Shown: positions 9,548 through 18,955 of the stretch, in pieces
How the letters are laid out: each line of letters begins with the position of its first letter
How positions within the stretch are numbered: the stretch's first letter is position 1
NCBI GenBank assembly: GCA_041687695.1
Contig: JAWLBL010000011.1
Span: forward strand, 32,001 to 96,000
DNA length: 64,000 bases
Source of the DNA: Myxococcota bacterium
GTDB taxonomy: Bacteria; Myxococcota_A; UBA9042; PHBI01; JAWLBL01
Direction of reading: 5' to 3'
Notes under the pieces: model-generated
Told to the model about the DNA's origin: nothing
The model's database searches: none
The model's input: only the letters and a program-made list of their open reading frames with translations
Program-made: the position numbers and the translations under genes

Positions 9548-10312
9548 ATGCGTGTCTTCTATCATCCCCTCTCGCCCTACTGCCGCAAGGTCCTGCTCGC
9601 CCTGTACGAGAAGGCCGTCCCCTTCGAGGCCGAGATCGTCAACCTGGTCGATCCGGACGCCCGCGAGGCCTTCGTCCGCGAGGTCAACCCGCTCGGCCGC
9701 GTCCCCTTCGTCGTCACCGAGCGCGGCGATCGCCTGCAGGAGTCGACCATCCTCATCGAGCTGCTCGAGGAGCGCTTCCCCGTCCCCCCTCGGCTCCTCA
9801 ACGTCCAGCCCGACGCCGCCCGCGCCGCGCGCCTCGCCGACCGCCTCGGCGACCAGTACCTCATCGACCCCGCGGCCGTTCTGCTCGACGAGCAGTCGCG
9901 CCCCGCCGCCACGCGCGATCGCGAGGCCGTCCAGGCCAACGCCGAGCTGGTCCGCCGCGGCCTGGCCTGGCTCGACGAGCGCCTGTCCATGCACCGGTTC
10001 TGCGCCGGCCCCGCCTTCACCCTGGGCGACCTCGCCCCCTCCGTGGGCCTGTACGACCTCCAGATGGCCGGCTGGTCCTTCGCCGCCTGGCCGCGCGTGT
10101 CCCGCTGGCTCGCCGAGGTGCTCGACCGCCCCGCCTGGCAGCGCGTGCTCGCCGAGTCCGAGCCGTTCCTGACCGCCTGGTGCGATCCCGCGCGCGACCT
10201 ACCCCTTGCGTCGACGCGACGGACCGACGCTGCTAGGCTCTGCCGCGATGAGCCCACTACGCACGCCGCGAGCGATTCTCTTCGTCCTCCTCTGCACTTG
10301 CGCATCGTCTGA
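9548..10312 (+). CDS. Glutathione S-transferase family protein
   Basis: HPLSPYCRKVLLALYEK, VNPLGRVP, LQESTILIELL, FTLGDLA, WPRVSRW. Confidence 0.9.
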   Translation: MRVFYHPLSPYCRKVLLALYEKAVPFEAEIVNLVDPDAREAFVREVNPLGRVPFVVTERGDRLQESTILIELLEERFPVPPRLLNVQPDAARAARLADRLGDQYLIDPAAVLLDEQSRPAATRDREAVQANAELVRRGLAWLDERLSMHRFCAGPAFTLGDLAPSVGLYDLQMAGWSFAAWPRVSRWLAEVLDRPAWQRVLAESEPFLTAWCDPARDLPLASTRRTDAARLCRDEPTTHAASDSLRPPLHLRIV

Positions 10313-12005
10313 GGTCTTCGCCCAGCCGTCCGGCGCCACCGTCTGGGTGCCCGAGGCGTGGCGCGATCGGGCCCGGCGCCTGATGGACCCCGGCGACGGC
10401 GGCCTGCCCGGCGGCCTGCGGCTCGACAAGGTCGAGCTCGGCGATCGCGTCACGGCGCACTACGCCGGCGCCGGCGGCCGCCTGACGGTCGAGGCGCTCC
10501 CGCCCGCCCAGGCGGGCCCCGACGCGGCCTGGCGCGGCGACCGGCTGGCGCTCGTCGTGCGGTCGGCCACGGTCGCGGACGCCCAGCGTGATGCCGCGGT
10601 CGAGGCCCTGTCCCGCATGCTCCAGCAGCGCGAGTCCGCCTGGGGATGGCTCAAGCAGTCCCCCGAGCAGGGCCCGGCCGGCGACGCCGAGCGCCAGCGC
10701 CTCGCCGAGCTCCTCGAGCGGGCCGAGCGACTCGCGGCCCTCGGGCAGCACGCAGCCGCGACCCAGGCGCTCGAGCAGCTCCGCGCCACGCCCCCCGGCG
10801 ACCTGCCCAGCTTGCTGCGCCTCGCGCGCCTGAGCCATCGGGTGCCCATCGCGCCCGAGCTGCGCGGCGCCCTGACCGAGCCGGCCGTCCAGACCGCCGC
10901 CCGCGGGCAGGCCAGCCTCTCCGAGGAGGGCGAGGCGCTCGATCGGCTCCGGCTCGCCCTGGGCAGCGCCCTGGCCCTCGCGGGCAAACCCGAAGAGGCG
11001 CGCCGCCTGGTCGGCCCGATCGTCAAGGCCGGGCGCGTGCCGTGCGACGCCTGGCGTGTCGCCGCGGACCTGGGCCTGGCCGGCGCCGTCGACCATGGCC
11101 GCGCCGTGGCCGACCTCGTCGTGCGGGCCGAGCCGCGCTGCGACGCCGCGCATGCGGTCCGCGTCCGGCTGGCGCGCCAGGCGGGCGACCTCGCCGCGGC
11201 CCGCCTGGCCGGCGGGGAAGCGCTGGCCGCCCGCCCTGACGCCGCCCTGGCCCGCTCGGCGATGGTGCCGGTCGCGATGGCCGATGGCGACCCGGGCCAG
11301 GCCATCACCTACGCGCGCGTGGGCCTGCGCGAGCAGCCGACCGACGCCGACGCCCTGGCCGCCGTGACGGCGCTGGTCGGCGGCGGCGCCCTCGACCCCA
11401 TCACCGCCGACCGCTGGAAGGGCTCGATGCGCCGCCACGTCGCGCAGGGGCCGCTGCAGCTGCAGGGCCTCGTAGCCTGCCTGGCGCTCGAGGAGCCGGC
11501 CTGCGCCCTGGACGCCGCGCGGCAAGCGCGGGCGGCGGTCGGTGATCAGCCGCTGCTGGCGGCGCTCGAGGCGATCGCCCACGCGCGCGCCGGCCAGCTG
11601 CCCGAGGCGAAGACCGCGCTGGCCCTGGCCTGGGCGCGGACGCCGTTCGCGACCGCCACGCTGGTGGCCGAGGCCGAGGTCGCCATGGCCGAGGGAGACG
11701 CCGCGCACGCGCGTCAGGCCTGGAGCGCCTACGTCGCCGCCGCCGAGCGCCCCGAGGCCGTCGTCGGCCCGGTCTCGCTGGCGGACGCGCGCGCCCTGGC
11801 CAGCGGCGCTGCCCGTCCCGGGCTCAAGGCGGACCCGCCGCTGAGCGCGCAGGTCGCGCCCGAGCCTGCGCAGCTGCCGCCGGCCCCCAGCGATGCAGCG
11901 GCCCGCGAGGCGCAGGACAAGCGCTGGCTGGTCTACGGCCTGGCGATGTTCCTCACGCTGGCTCTGGCGATCGCCCTAGCGATGCGGCGACGGCGGAAGG
12001 GCTGA
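10248..12005 (+). CDS. Hypothetical exported Ala-rich TPR-like protein with C-terminal membrane anchor
   Basis: Signal-like N-terminus, helical repeats, C-terminal WLVYGLAMFLTLALAIALAM followed by RRRRK. Confidence 0.55.
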   Translation: MSPLRTPRAILFVLLCTCASSEVFAQPSGATVWVPEAWRDRARRLMDPGDGGLPGGLRLDKVELGDRVTAHYAGAGGRLTVEALPPAQAGPDAAWRGDRLALVVRSATVADAQRDAAVEALSRMLQQRESAWGWLKQSPEQGPAGDAERQRLAELLERAERLAALGQHAAATQALEQLRATPPGDLPSLLRLARLSHRVPIAPELRGALTEPAVQTAARGQASLSEEGEALDRLRLALGSALALAGKPEEARRLVGPIVKAGRVPCDAWRVAADLGLAGAVDHGRAVADLVVRAEPRCDAAHAVRVRLARQAGDLAAARLAGGEALAARPDAALARSAMVPVAMADGDPGQAITYARVGLREQPTDADALAAVTALVGGGALDPITADRWKGSMRRHVAQGPLQLQGLVACLALEEPACALDAARQARAAVGDQPLLAALEAIAHARAGQLPEAKTALALAWARTPFATATLVAEAEVAMAEGDAAHARQAWSAYVAAAERPEAVVGPVSLADARALASGAARPGLKADPPLSAQVAPEPAQLPPAPSDAAAREAQDKRWLVYGLAMFLTLALAIALAMRRRRKG

Positions 12006-13098
12006 GGGCGCCGGCCGCGTCCGGATCGCTCGCCGCGCCATCGCCGCTCGCGTCCAGGCGCGGGCGCTCGGCGCGCTCGGGCTCGGCGCCGACCGGCTGC
12101 TCGTCCCAGGCGCGCGCCATGAAGCGGGTGACGTCCGCGAGCCCCGCGAAGAAGCCGATCTGGCGATAAGGCAGGCCCCGGGCCTCGCAGAAGTCGCGCA
12201 CGATGGGCTCGGCCACGTGCATGCGGCCGTGCGGGATGCGCGGGAACAGGTGATGCTCGAGCTGGTGGTCGAGGCCGACGAACAGCCACGACGCCCAGCG
12301 GGGGACGGCGAAGTTGCGCGTGGTCTCGATCTGCAGCGTCCAGGTGTCGGGGTGCGAGGCGTATAGCGGCAGGCCGAGGTGCGCCGGCGTGAAGATGGCG
12401 GACAGGTAGACGCCCACCAGGGCCCAGACCGCGACGTAGAAGCCGACGGCGGGCCAGAAGCCGACGATCAGCGCCGGGACGAGCAGCCAGGCCACGTGGT
12501 GGGCGATCATGCAGCCCACATCGGCCCAGAAGGCGCCGTCGCGGCCCCGGCGCGTGCGGCCGCGGCGGATGAGGTAGCCGAAGCTCGAGGCCGTCATCGA
12601 GAAGGCGAGGAAGCTCGTCAGCGGCCAGAAGAGGTAGCCCTGCAGGTGGCGCTGGAACCAGCGCCGCACGGGGCCCGAGCGCTCGTGCGCGACGCGGCTC
12701 GAGGCCATGGGCCACAGCTCGAGGTCCTCGTCGTGGTCCACCACGTTCGGCTGGCCGTGGTGCTTCACGTTGTGCTTGTCCTTCCAGTACAGCGCGCTGA
12801 GGCCGCCGACGAGCGGGAAGGCGATATGCAGCAGCAGCTCGTTGCGCCAGCGGCTGCGCGACAGGCTGCGGTGGCCGCCCTCGTGGCCGAGCATGGCGGC
12901 GACGGTGACGGTCAGGGCCGTCACGGGGAGCAGCAGCAGGGACGCCCACAGGGGCAGGGTCAGGTGCAGGGCCACCAACCCGGCGAACACGGCGAGCAGC
13001 AGGGCGAGCTCGACCCAGGTGCGCGCCTCGTGGCGCTCGAAGGCGCCGGCCTCGGTGAGCGCGCGGCGCAGGTCTCGGATGTCGGTCGGGCTGAGCAA
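11953..13098 (-). CDS. Membrane fatty acid (acyl-CoA/lipid) desaturase
   Basis: Three His boxes HEGGH, HNVKHH and QLEHH (front-end-type Q substitution), plus TM segments. Confidence 0.9.
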   Translation of the reverse strand: MLSPTDIRDLRRALTEAGAFERHEARTWVELALLLAVFAGLVALHLTLPLWASLLLLPVTALTVTVAAMLGHEGGHRSLSRSRWRNELLLHIAFPLVGGLSALYWKDKHNVKHHGQPNVVDHDEDLELWPMASSRVAHERSGPVRRWFQRHLQGYLFWPLTSFLAFSMTASSFGYLIRRGRTRRGRDGAFWADVGCMIAHHVAWLLVPALIVGFWPAVGFYVAVWALVGVYLSAIFTPAHLGLPLYASHPDTWTLQIETTRNFAVPRWASWLFVGLDHQLEHHLFPRIPHGRMHVAEPIVRDFCEARGLPYRQIGFFAGLADVTRFMARAWDEQPVGAEPERAERPRLDASGDGAASDPDAAGALSPSAVAASLGRSPEPA

Positions 13099-13225
13099 AG
13101 CTGGGCTCCTCGGGGCATGGGATGCGACCCAACCATAACCTCCCCGAGGCCGCGACGACCGCTCTGGCTGGGCCTTTTACCAACGTTTGACACAGAGGCG
13201 GGGCGCCCCTCAGCATCCTCCCAGC

Positions 13226-14242
13226 ATGACCTCGACGCCTCCCCGGTCCGCCCCCCCGAGCCGCGCCATGTCGCGCCTGCGCCGCCGCCTCGCGGCGCCG
13301 GACAGCCGGCTGCTGCAGGGCGTGACGGTGCGCAAGCGCGGCTTCTGGGCCGGCTGGGGCGGCGTCGTCACCGCCGTCGTGCTCGGCGCCGTGTTGGTCG
13401 CCCTGCTCGTGGGCTGGGTCCTGCTCTGGGTCTATCGCCCCGGCGGCCCCAGCATCACCCTGTTGACCCTCGGCTCCATCGCCTTCGCCGCCGTGCTGGT
13501 CGTCCTCACGACCCTGGTCGTGCAGCTGCGCGGCCAGACGCGCCTGCGCAACGCCGAGGCCGTCTTCCTGGCCGCCGCCAGCCACAACCTCCGCACGCCG
13601 CTCGCCGGCATCCGCGCCGCCGCCCAGACCCTGCAGCGCCCCGAGCTGCCCCCGGACCGCCGCGACGCCCTCCTCGAGCGCATCGTCCACGAGACCGGCC
13701 GCCTCGGCCGCCTCGTCGACAACATCCTCGAGAGCGGCCGCCTCGAGGTCGAGGGCGTGGCCTTCGAGAACGCGCTCATCGCCATGACCGACCTCGTGCA
13801 GGTCGCCGTCGCCGACCTCGCGCCCATCGCCGAGCTGCAGGGCGGCTCCGTCCACTTCACCGCGTCGGACGCCTGTCTCGTGCACGGCGATCGCACCGCG
13901 CTGCGCCTGCTCATCGACAACCTGCTCGACAACGCCCTCAAGTACAGCGAGGGCGCCCCCGACATCCGCGTTGGCGTCGAGCCGGTGCAGGGCTTCGCCC
14001 TGGTCCGCGTCACCGATGCCGGCCTCGGCTTCTCGACGGGCCACTCCGAGAGCCTGTTCCGCCGCTTCGCCCGCGGCTCCGACACCGGCCGCCCCGGCAC
14101 CGGCCTGGGCCTCGCCCTCGCCCGCGCCATCGCCCGCGGCCACGGCGGCGACGTCCACCTGTCCAGCGAGGGCCTCGGCCGCGGCGCCACGGCCGAGCTG
14201 TGGCTGCCGCTGGCCGGCGCGCGCCCCGAGGAGCGCCCATGA
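13226..14242 (+). CDS. Sensor histidine kinase (two TM helices, very short extracytoplasmic loop)
   Basis: ASHNLRTPL H-box, NLLDNALKYS N-box, DAGLG, GTGLGLAL. Confidence 0.92.
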   Translation: MTSTPPRSAPPSRAMSRLRRRLAAPDSRLLQGVTVRKRGFWAGWGGVVTAVVLGAVLVALLVGWVLLWVYRPGGPSITLLTLGSIAFAAVLVVLTTLVVQLRGQTRLRNAEAVFLAAASHNLRTPLAGIRAAAQTLQRPELPPDRRDALLERIVHETGRLGRLVDNILESGRLEVEGVAFENALIAMTDLVQVAVADLAPIAELQGGSVHFTASDACLVHGDRTALRLLIDNLLDNALKYSEGAPDIRVGVEPVQGFALVRVTDAGLGFSTGHSESLFRRFARGSDTGRPGTGLGLALARAIARGHGGDVHLSSEGLGRGATAELWLPLAGARPEERP

Positions 14243-14976
14243 CCCCGCCGCGCGCGCGTCTGCTCGTCGTCGAGGACGACGTCACCCTGGGGCTGACCCT
14301 CGAGACCAACCTCGGCCTGTCCGGCTACGAGACGGTCCTGGCCACCACTCTGGCCGCCGCCCGCGCCGAGTTGGCCGACGAGGCCACCCCGCCGCCCGAC
14401 CTCATCGTCCTCGACCTGGGGCTGCCCGACGGCGACGGGCTGACGCTGTGCCGCGAGCTGCGCCAGGCCGGCTGGACGCTGCCCATCCTCATCCTCACCG
14501 CGCGCGGCCAACTCGACGCCCGGATCCGCGGCCTGCGCGAGGGCGCCGACGACTATGTCGCCAAGCCGTTCGACGTGCCCGAGCTCGAGGCCCGCGTCGA
14601 GGCCCTCCTGCGGCGCGTCCGCTGGTCCAGCGAGGCCGTCGAGCGCGCGGGCGAGGGCCCGTCGCCGTGGCTGCGGGTCGGCCAGCTCGAGGTCCACTTC
14701 CCCAGCTACCGCGCCACCGCCTCCGGCGCCCCCGTCGAGCTGACGGCGCTCGAGTTCGAGCTGCTCGCCTACTTCACCGAGCGCCTGGGCGAGGTCGTCA
14801 CGCGTGAGGATCTCCTCGCGGACGTCTGGGGCGTGCCGCGGACTCTCAAGACGCGCACCGTGGACGTCTTCGTCAGCCGGCTGCGCAAGCTCATCGAGCC
14901 CGAGCCCACCCAGCCCCGTCACCTGCTCAGCGTGCGGGGCGTGGGCTACCGGCTCGTCGTCGATCCCAGCGGCTGA
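14239..14976 (+). CDS. OmpR/PhoB-family response regulator
   Basis: LLVVEDD, DLIVLDLGLPDGDG, GADDYVAKPF, RTVDVFVSRLRKLIE, VRGVGY; ATGA overlap with the kinase. Confidence 0.95.
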   Translation: MTPPRARLLVVEDDVTLGLTLETNLGLSGYETVLATTLAAARAELADEATPPPDLIVLDLGLPDGDGLTLCRELRQAGWTLPILILTARGQLDARIRGLREGADDYVAKPFDVPELEARVEALLRRVRWSSEAVERAGEGPSPWLRVGQLEVHFPSYRATASGAPVELTALEFELLAYFTERLGEVVTREDLLADVWGVPRTLKTRTVDVFVSRLRKLIEPEPTQPRHLLSVRGVGYRLVVDPSG

Positions 14977-14986
14977 CCGCCGCGCC

Positions 14987-15769
14987 TCAGGCCTGCGGCG
15001 TGGGGCCGGACCAGAGCGGGTCGAGCCCGGGGAGGCCGGCGCACACTTCGCGCAGCAGCGCCCGGTCGATGGCGGTGTCCAGGGCCGTGAGCACCGCGCG
15101 CACGTGGATCTCGGCCGTCCGCTGCGACACGCCGCCCTCGCGCTCCGCGACGCGGCCGAGGAAGTCGTCGGTCGACACGACCGCGCGGGTGGGGGCATGC
15201 GACGGCTGGCTGCCCATGGGACCGGGCTCCTCCTCCATGATCGCGCGCTGGTAATGGTCCCGATTGCGGATCTGCTCCTCGCGCCGTCCGTCGCCCCGGA
15301 ACCCCGACTCGGAGGGCAGCGGGCCGCCCCCGGCGGGGCCGCGCTGCGACGCGACGCGCTCGCCGCGATCGTGCGACGTCCAGCGCTCCGGATCGGTCCG
15401 AGCCGTGCCGGCGCCGCCCTGCGCGCCTTGATCCTCCGTGTCGAGGCGGTGCGAGCCCTGGCTCGCGAGCCGCCGCTCGGCCTCGTTCATCTCGCGGCGT
15501 CGCTCGCCGTGTTCGCGCCCCGGCGTGCGCCCCTGCGTCTGCTGACGGCGCGGCGCGACGGGCCTCGGTCCGCCCGACGGCGCGCCCCCTGCCCACCCGC
15601 CTTGCAGGTAGCCCGACACCTCGGGCGGCAACGTCTGCGCCAGCCGGTCGACCGGCGCGCCGCACTCGCCCAGGGTGATGAGCGTCGCACGCAGCGCGCG
15701 CTCGGCCTCCTCGTCGCGGCGCAGCTGCCCGGCCGCCTTCACCTCGTCGATGAGCTCACGGTATTGCAT
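14987..15769 (-). CDS. DUF2267-domain protein with long low-complexity insertion
   Basis: EAERALRATLITLGE...LAQTLPPE and DDFLGRVAEREG...HVRAVLTAL...LPG halves separated by ~130 aa of R/G/E/P-rich sequence. Confidence 0.7.
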   Translation of the reverse strand: MQYRELIDEVKAAGQLRRDEEAERALRATLITLGECGAPVDRLAQTLPPEVSGYLQGGWAGGAPSGGPRPVAPRRQQTQGRTPGREHGERRREMNEAERRLASQGSHRLDTEDQGAQGGAGTARTDPERWTSHDRGERVASQRGPAGGGPLPSESGFRGDGRREEQIRNRDHYQRAIMEEEPGPMGSQPSHAPTRAVVSTDDFLGRVAEREGGVSQRTAEIHVRAVLTALDTAIDRALLREVCAGLPGLDPLWSGPTPQA

Positions 15770-15807
15770 GGTCTGCTCCAGCTGCTGGTCCGTTCCCCGG
15801 CCGCTCT

Positions 15808-16245
15808 CTACGCCTGCGGAGGCTCCGGCCACATCACCTGGATGCGCTGAGGCAGGCTGTCGCGCACGTCCTCGACCTCGCCGCGCGTGATGTGGCGGTT
15901 CAAGACCTTGAAGACGGCCCGCACGATGCGCTCCGGGTCGATCTCGTGGTGCGCGTTGAACTTCTCGCGCACCATGTCCAGGAACTCCTCGCGCGTGCGC
16001 ACCTTCACGGGCTTGCCCGTCGGGTGCCAGCCCTCGTAGTAGATGCCGCGCACCATCATCGGCAGCTGCGCGCCGAGCTCCGCGGCCTCGGCGGGCGTCA
16101 GGCGATCGCGCAGCGAGATGAGGCCCGCGCGGAGCGCGAGGTAGGCCGCGCGCCGGTCGCAGCCCAGCTCGCCCATGATCTCCTTGAGCCAGATGTGTGT
16201 CTTCTGGATGGTGCTGTCGAAGACCTCGAGCCCCGTCGTGCTCAT
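15808..16245 (-). CDS. DUF2267-domain protein
   Basis: MSTTGLEVFDSTIQKTHIWLKEI, LRDRLTPAEAAELGAQLPMMVRGIYYEGW. Confidence 0.9.
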   Translation of the reverse strand: MSTTGLEVFDSTIQKTHIWLKEIMGELGCDRRAAYLALRAGLISLRDRLTPAEAAELGAQLPMMVRGIYYEGWHPTGKPVKVRTREEFLDMVREKFNAHHEIDPERIVRAVFKVLNRHITRGEVEDVRDSLPQRIQVMWPEPPQA

Positions 16246-16429
16246 GTGTCCCTCCTCGTCGGCGGTCCCCCGGACGCTCCGGATGTGGCGACGCCCCGGC
16301 GCCAGCACGCGCCGCGCCCACGCCACGGTCAACCGTATGGACCAGGGAACCGACGACCAGCCGCCCAGGCGTCCGACCTGGCGTCCGGCCTCACGGAGCG
16401 CCAGCCGTCGCAGGCGCGCGCGAGGGGGG

Positions 16430-16457
16430 CTTGACCGCCCCGCCGCGGGTTCCTAGA
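16430..16457 (+). promoter_or_regulatory. Possible RpoH(sigma32)-like promoter for the Hsp20 pair
   Basis: CTTGAC-N16-CCTAGA ~140 bp upstream of the first Hsp20 gene. Confidence 0.3.
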
Positions 16458-16596
16458 GGTCCCGTCGCCGACACATGTTCCCGCCCCTCACCGGTGGAGT
16501 CAGGGGGGCGGACGACCCGGCGGGCGGCCGCGCAGGCGGCCCGGACGGGTGCGTGCGACCAACGACGCGGGCCGTGGACCCGCAAGGAGGACGTGT

Positions 16597-17040
16597 ATGC
16601 TCTGGAGGCACGACGACGTTTGGAGCGAGCTCGACCGCATGATGGGGCTGATGGACTACGTCCGTCGGCGCGCCGAGGGCGGCGGCCGGGCCGAGGGCCT
16701 CGACCCCGAGATCGGCGGCGGGCCGCGCATGACGCTCGACGACGAGGGCGGGCGCCTCGTGCTGCGGGCCGAGCTGCCGGGCTTCGCCGAGGACGACGTC
16801 CACATCACCCTCAACGAGGAGGTCCTGACGGTCCGCGGCGAGCGCGCCGTCGACGTCCCCGAGGGCTTCGTCGCCCATCGGCGCGAGCGCCGGCCCGTGA
16901 GGTTCTCGAGGACCCTGGCGCTGCCGACCAAGGTGGACCCCGAGCGCACGGTGGCGCGCCTGCGCCACGGCATCCTGACGCTCGAGATCCCCAAGACGCC
17001 CGAGTCGCGGCCCCGCAGCATCAAGGTCCAGGGCGCCTGA
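16597..17040 (+). CDS. Hsp20/alpha-crystallin small heat-shock protein
   Basis: AELPGF, VLTVRGER, RRERR...FSRTLALP, ARLRHGILTLEIPK, PRSIKV. Confidence 0.92.
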   Translation: MLWRHDDVWSELDRMMGLMDYVRRRAEGGGRAEGLDPEIGGGPRMTLDDEGGRLVLRAELPGFAEDDVHITLNEEVLTVRGERAVDVPEGFVAHRRERRPVRFSRTLALPTKVDPERTVARLRHGILTLEIPKTPESRPRSIKVQGA

Positions 17041-17086
17041 GCGGCGCCGCCCCCGGCCACCCCTGTCGCGAAGAGGAGGACACGAC

Positions 17087-17470
17087 ATGAGCACGACCGA
17101 CAAGCCGCTGATCGAGGCCGCCGGCGCCGCGCACGCCGAGCGCATGGAGACGGGCCGCGTGGTCGCCCCCGCGGTCGACATCTTCGAGAGCGAGCGCGAG
17201 CTCCTGCTCCGCGTCGACCTGCCGGGCGTCGCCCGCGAGGATCTGTCCCTGCAGCTCGACCGCGAGCAGCTGACCCTCGAGGCGCGCCGCAAGGTCCTCG
17301 ACGACGACCCGAGCGGCGCGTGGAACTTCACCTATCGCCGCGCCTTCCGCATCCCCCCGGTCGTCGAGCCCGACGGCGTCGACGCCGAGCTGAAGGAGGG
17401 CGTCCTGCACCTGCACCTGCCCAAGCGGGCCGCGCTCCAGCCGCGGCAGATCCAGGTGAAGGCGGGCTGA
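17087..17470 (+). CDS. Hsp20/alpha-crystallin small heat-shock protein
   Basis: PAVDIFE, VDLPGV, AELKEGVLHLHLPK, PRQIQV. Confidence 0.92.
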   Translation: MSTTDKPLIEAAGAAHAERMETGRVVAPAVDIFESERELLLRVDLPGVAREDLSLQLDREQLTLEARRKVLDDDPSGAWNFTYRRAFRIPPVVEPDGVDAELKEGVLHLHLPKRAALQPRQIQVKAG

Positions 17471-17557
17471 GGCGCGCGCCATCCGGGGCTGCGCTCGGGG
17501 GGCGCCTGGTCCGCCCCCCGGCGAGCCCGGTTGCGTCAGCGCCTCGTCCCCTTCGAC

Positions 17558-18955
17558 TCAGCGGCCGCTGGTGAACTGGAGCCCGCGCACGAGGACCCAG
17601 GGGGCGACGTGGCACGACTCGGTGCCGAAGCCGCCCGCGTGGCTCTCGACCGCGCGGCTCAGGCCCGCGCGGCCGGGGATGCGCGCGAAGGCCTCGAGGA
17701 TCGAGTCGGTGAAGCGCATCGGCTCGATGGCCCGCCCGAGGCGGCCGCCCTCGACCAGGAAGGCGCCGTCGCGGGTCAGCCCGGTCATGACGGCGCGCCG
17801 CGGCTCGATGAGGCCGTTGACGTAGTGCAGCCGCGTGATGAACAGGCCGCGGTCGACCTGGCCGAGCAGCCCCTCGAGGTCGGAGTCGCCGCCCGCCATG
17901 TGCAGGTGGCAGGCCTTGGACCCCGGCGCCGGGAACAGCGCGTCCGCGTGGGCGTGCCCGGTGGCGGCGCAGCCGGCGCGTCGCGCCGAGCGCGAGTCGT
18001 GGACCGAGCCGCGCGCGACGCCGTCCTCGACCAGGACCACGCGCTGCTTGGGCTGGCCCTCGGCGTCGAAGGGCAGCGGGAGGCCGATGGCGTGGGGCAT
18101 GGCGCCGTCGTCGTGGAGCGAGACGGCGGCCCCGGTCACGGCGCTCCCGACGTTGCCCGTGAGGAAGCTGCTGCCGTCCTCGACGGCCCGCGACGAGAAG
18201 CCGATCTCGCCCAACCACTCGAGGAGCTCGGCGACGGCGGCCGGCGACAGCACCACGTCCCAGGCGCCCGGCCGGACCGCGACCGGGTCGCGCCCGCGGC
18301 GGCACTCGGCGCGCACCTCGGCCTCGAGCGCGGCCACGCGCTCGGCGTCGACGCGGGCGTCGAAGTGGGCGCGCCAGGCGCTGGCCCGGTGGCCGACCGG
18401 GCGCTCGAGCGCGCTGAGGGCCAGATCGGCGTAGCTGCCCTGGTGCCAGGTGGCGACGCCCTCGGTCGATCGCACGGCCAGGCTGAAGCGCCCCGAATGG
18501 AACCGGCCGGCCAACGCCAGGTCGTCGGCCTCGGCAGCGCGCAGCGCCGGCTCGAGCCAGCGCGTCTTGGTGGCCGTGTCCAGCGTGGCCGTCACCGGGT
18601 CCATGGACCACGCGGGCGCGGCCGGGACGGCGGCGGCCGAGGGGAGGGTGATGGGCTCACGGCCCTGCGGGGTGACGCGGGCGTTCCGGATGGCCTGCGC
18701 GACCGCCCCTGCGAGGCCCTCGGCCGACAGATCGCTCGTCGTCCAGACCGCCGCGGCCCCGTCCACGACGGCGCGCACCGTCACCTGCCCCTGCACGACG
18801 TCCGAGGCCTGCACGACGCGCGCCTCGGCCAGCCGCATCAGGTTGGCCTCGCGCCCGCGGAACAGCAGCTCGACCCCGTCGGCCTGGCCACGGGCGGCCG
18901 CGAGGGCCTCGTCGAGGCGCTCCTCGACCCGATGGCGCGCGAACTCCGTCGTCAT
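17558..18955 (-). CDS. pmbA: TldE/PmbA family protein (non-catalytic partner of TldD)
   Basis: PGAWDVVLSPAAV, PFDAEGQP, ATGHA, TGLTRDGAFLVEGG; no HExxxH; ATGA-coupled to tldD. Confidence 0.85.
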   Translation of the reverse strand: MTTEFARHRVEERLDEALAAARGQADGVELLFRGREANLMRLAEARVVQASDVVQGQVTVRAVVDGAAAVWTTSDLSAEGLAGAVAQAIRNARVTPQGREPITLPSAAAVPAAPAWSMDPVTATLDTATKTRWLEPALRAAEADDLALAGRFHSGRFSLAVRSTEGVATWHQGSYADLALSALERPVGHRASAWRAHFDARVDAERVAALEAEVRAECRRGRDPVAVRPGAWDVVLSPAAVAELLEWLGEIGFSSRAVEDGSSFLTGNVGSAVTGAAVSLHDDGAMPHAIGLPLPFDAEGQPKQRVVLVEDGVARGSVHDSRSARRAGCAATGHAHADALFPAPGSKACHLHMAGGDSDLEGLLGQVDRGLFITRLHYVNGLIEPRRAVMTGLTRDGAFLVEGGRLGRAIEPMRFTDSILEAFARIPGRAGLSRAVESHAGGFGTESCHVAPWVLVRGLQFTSGR

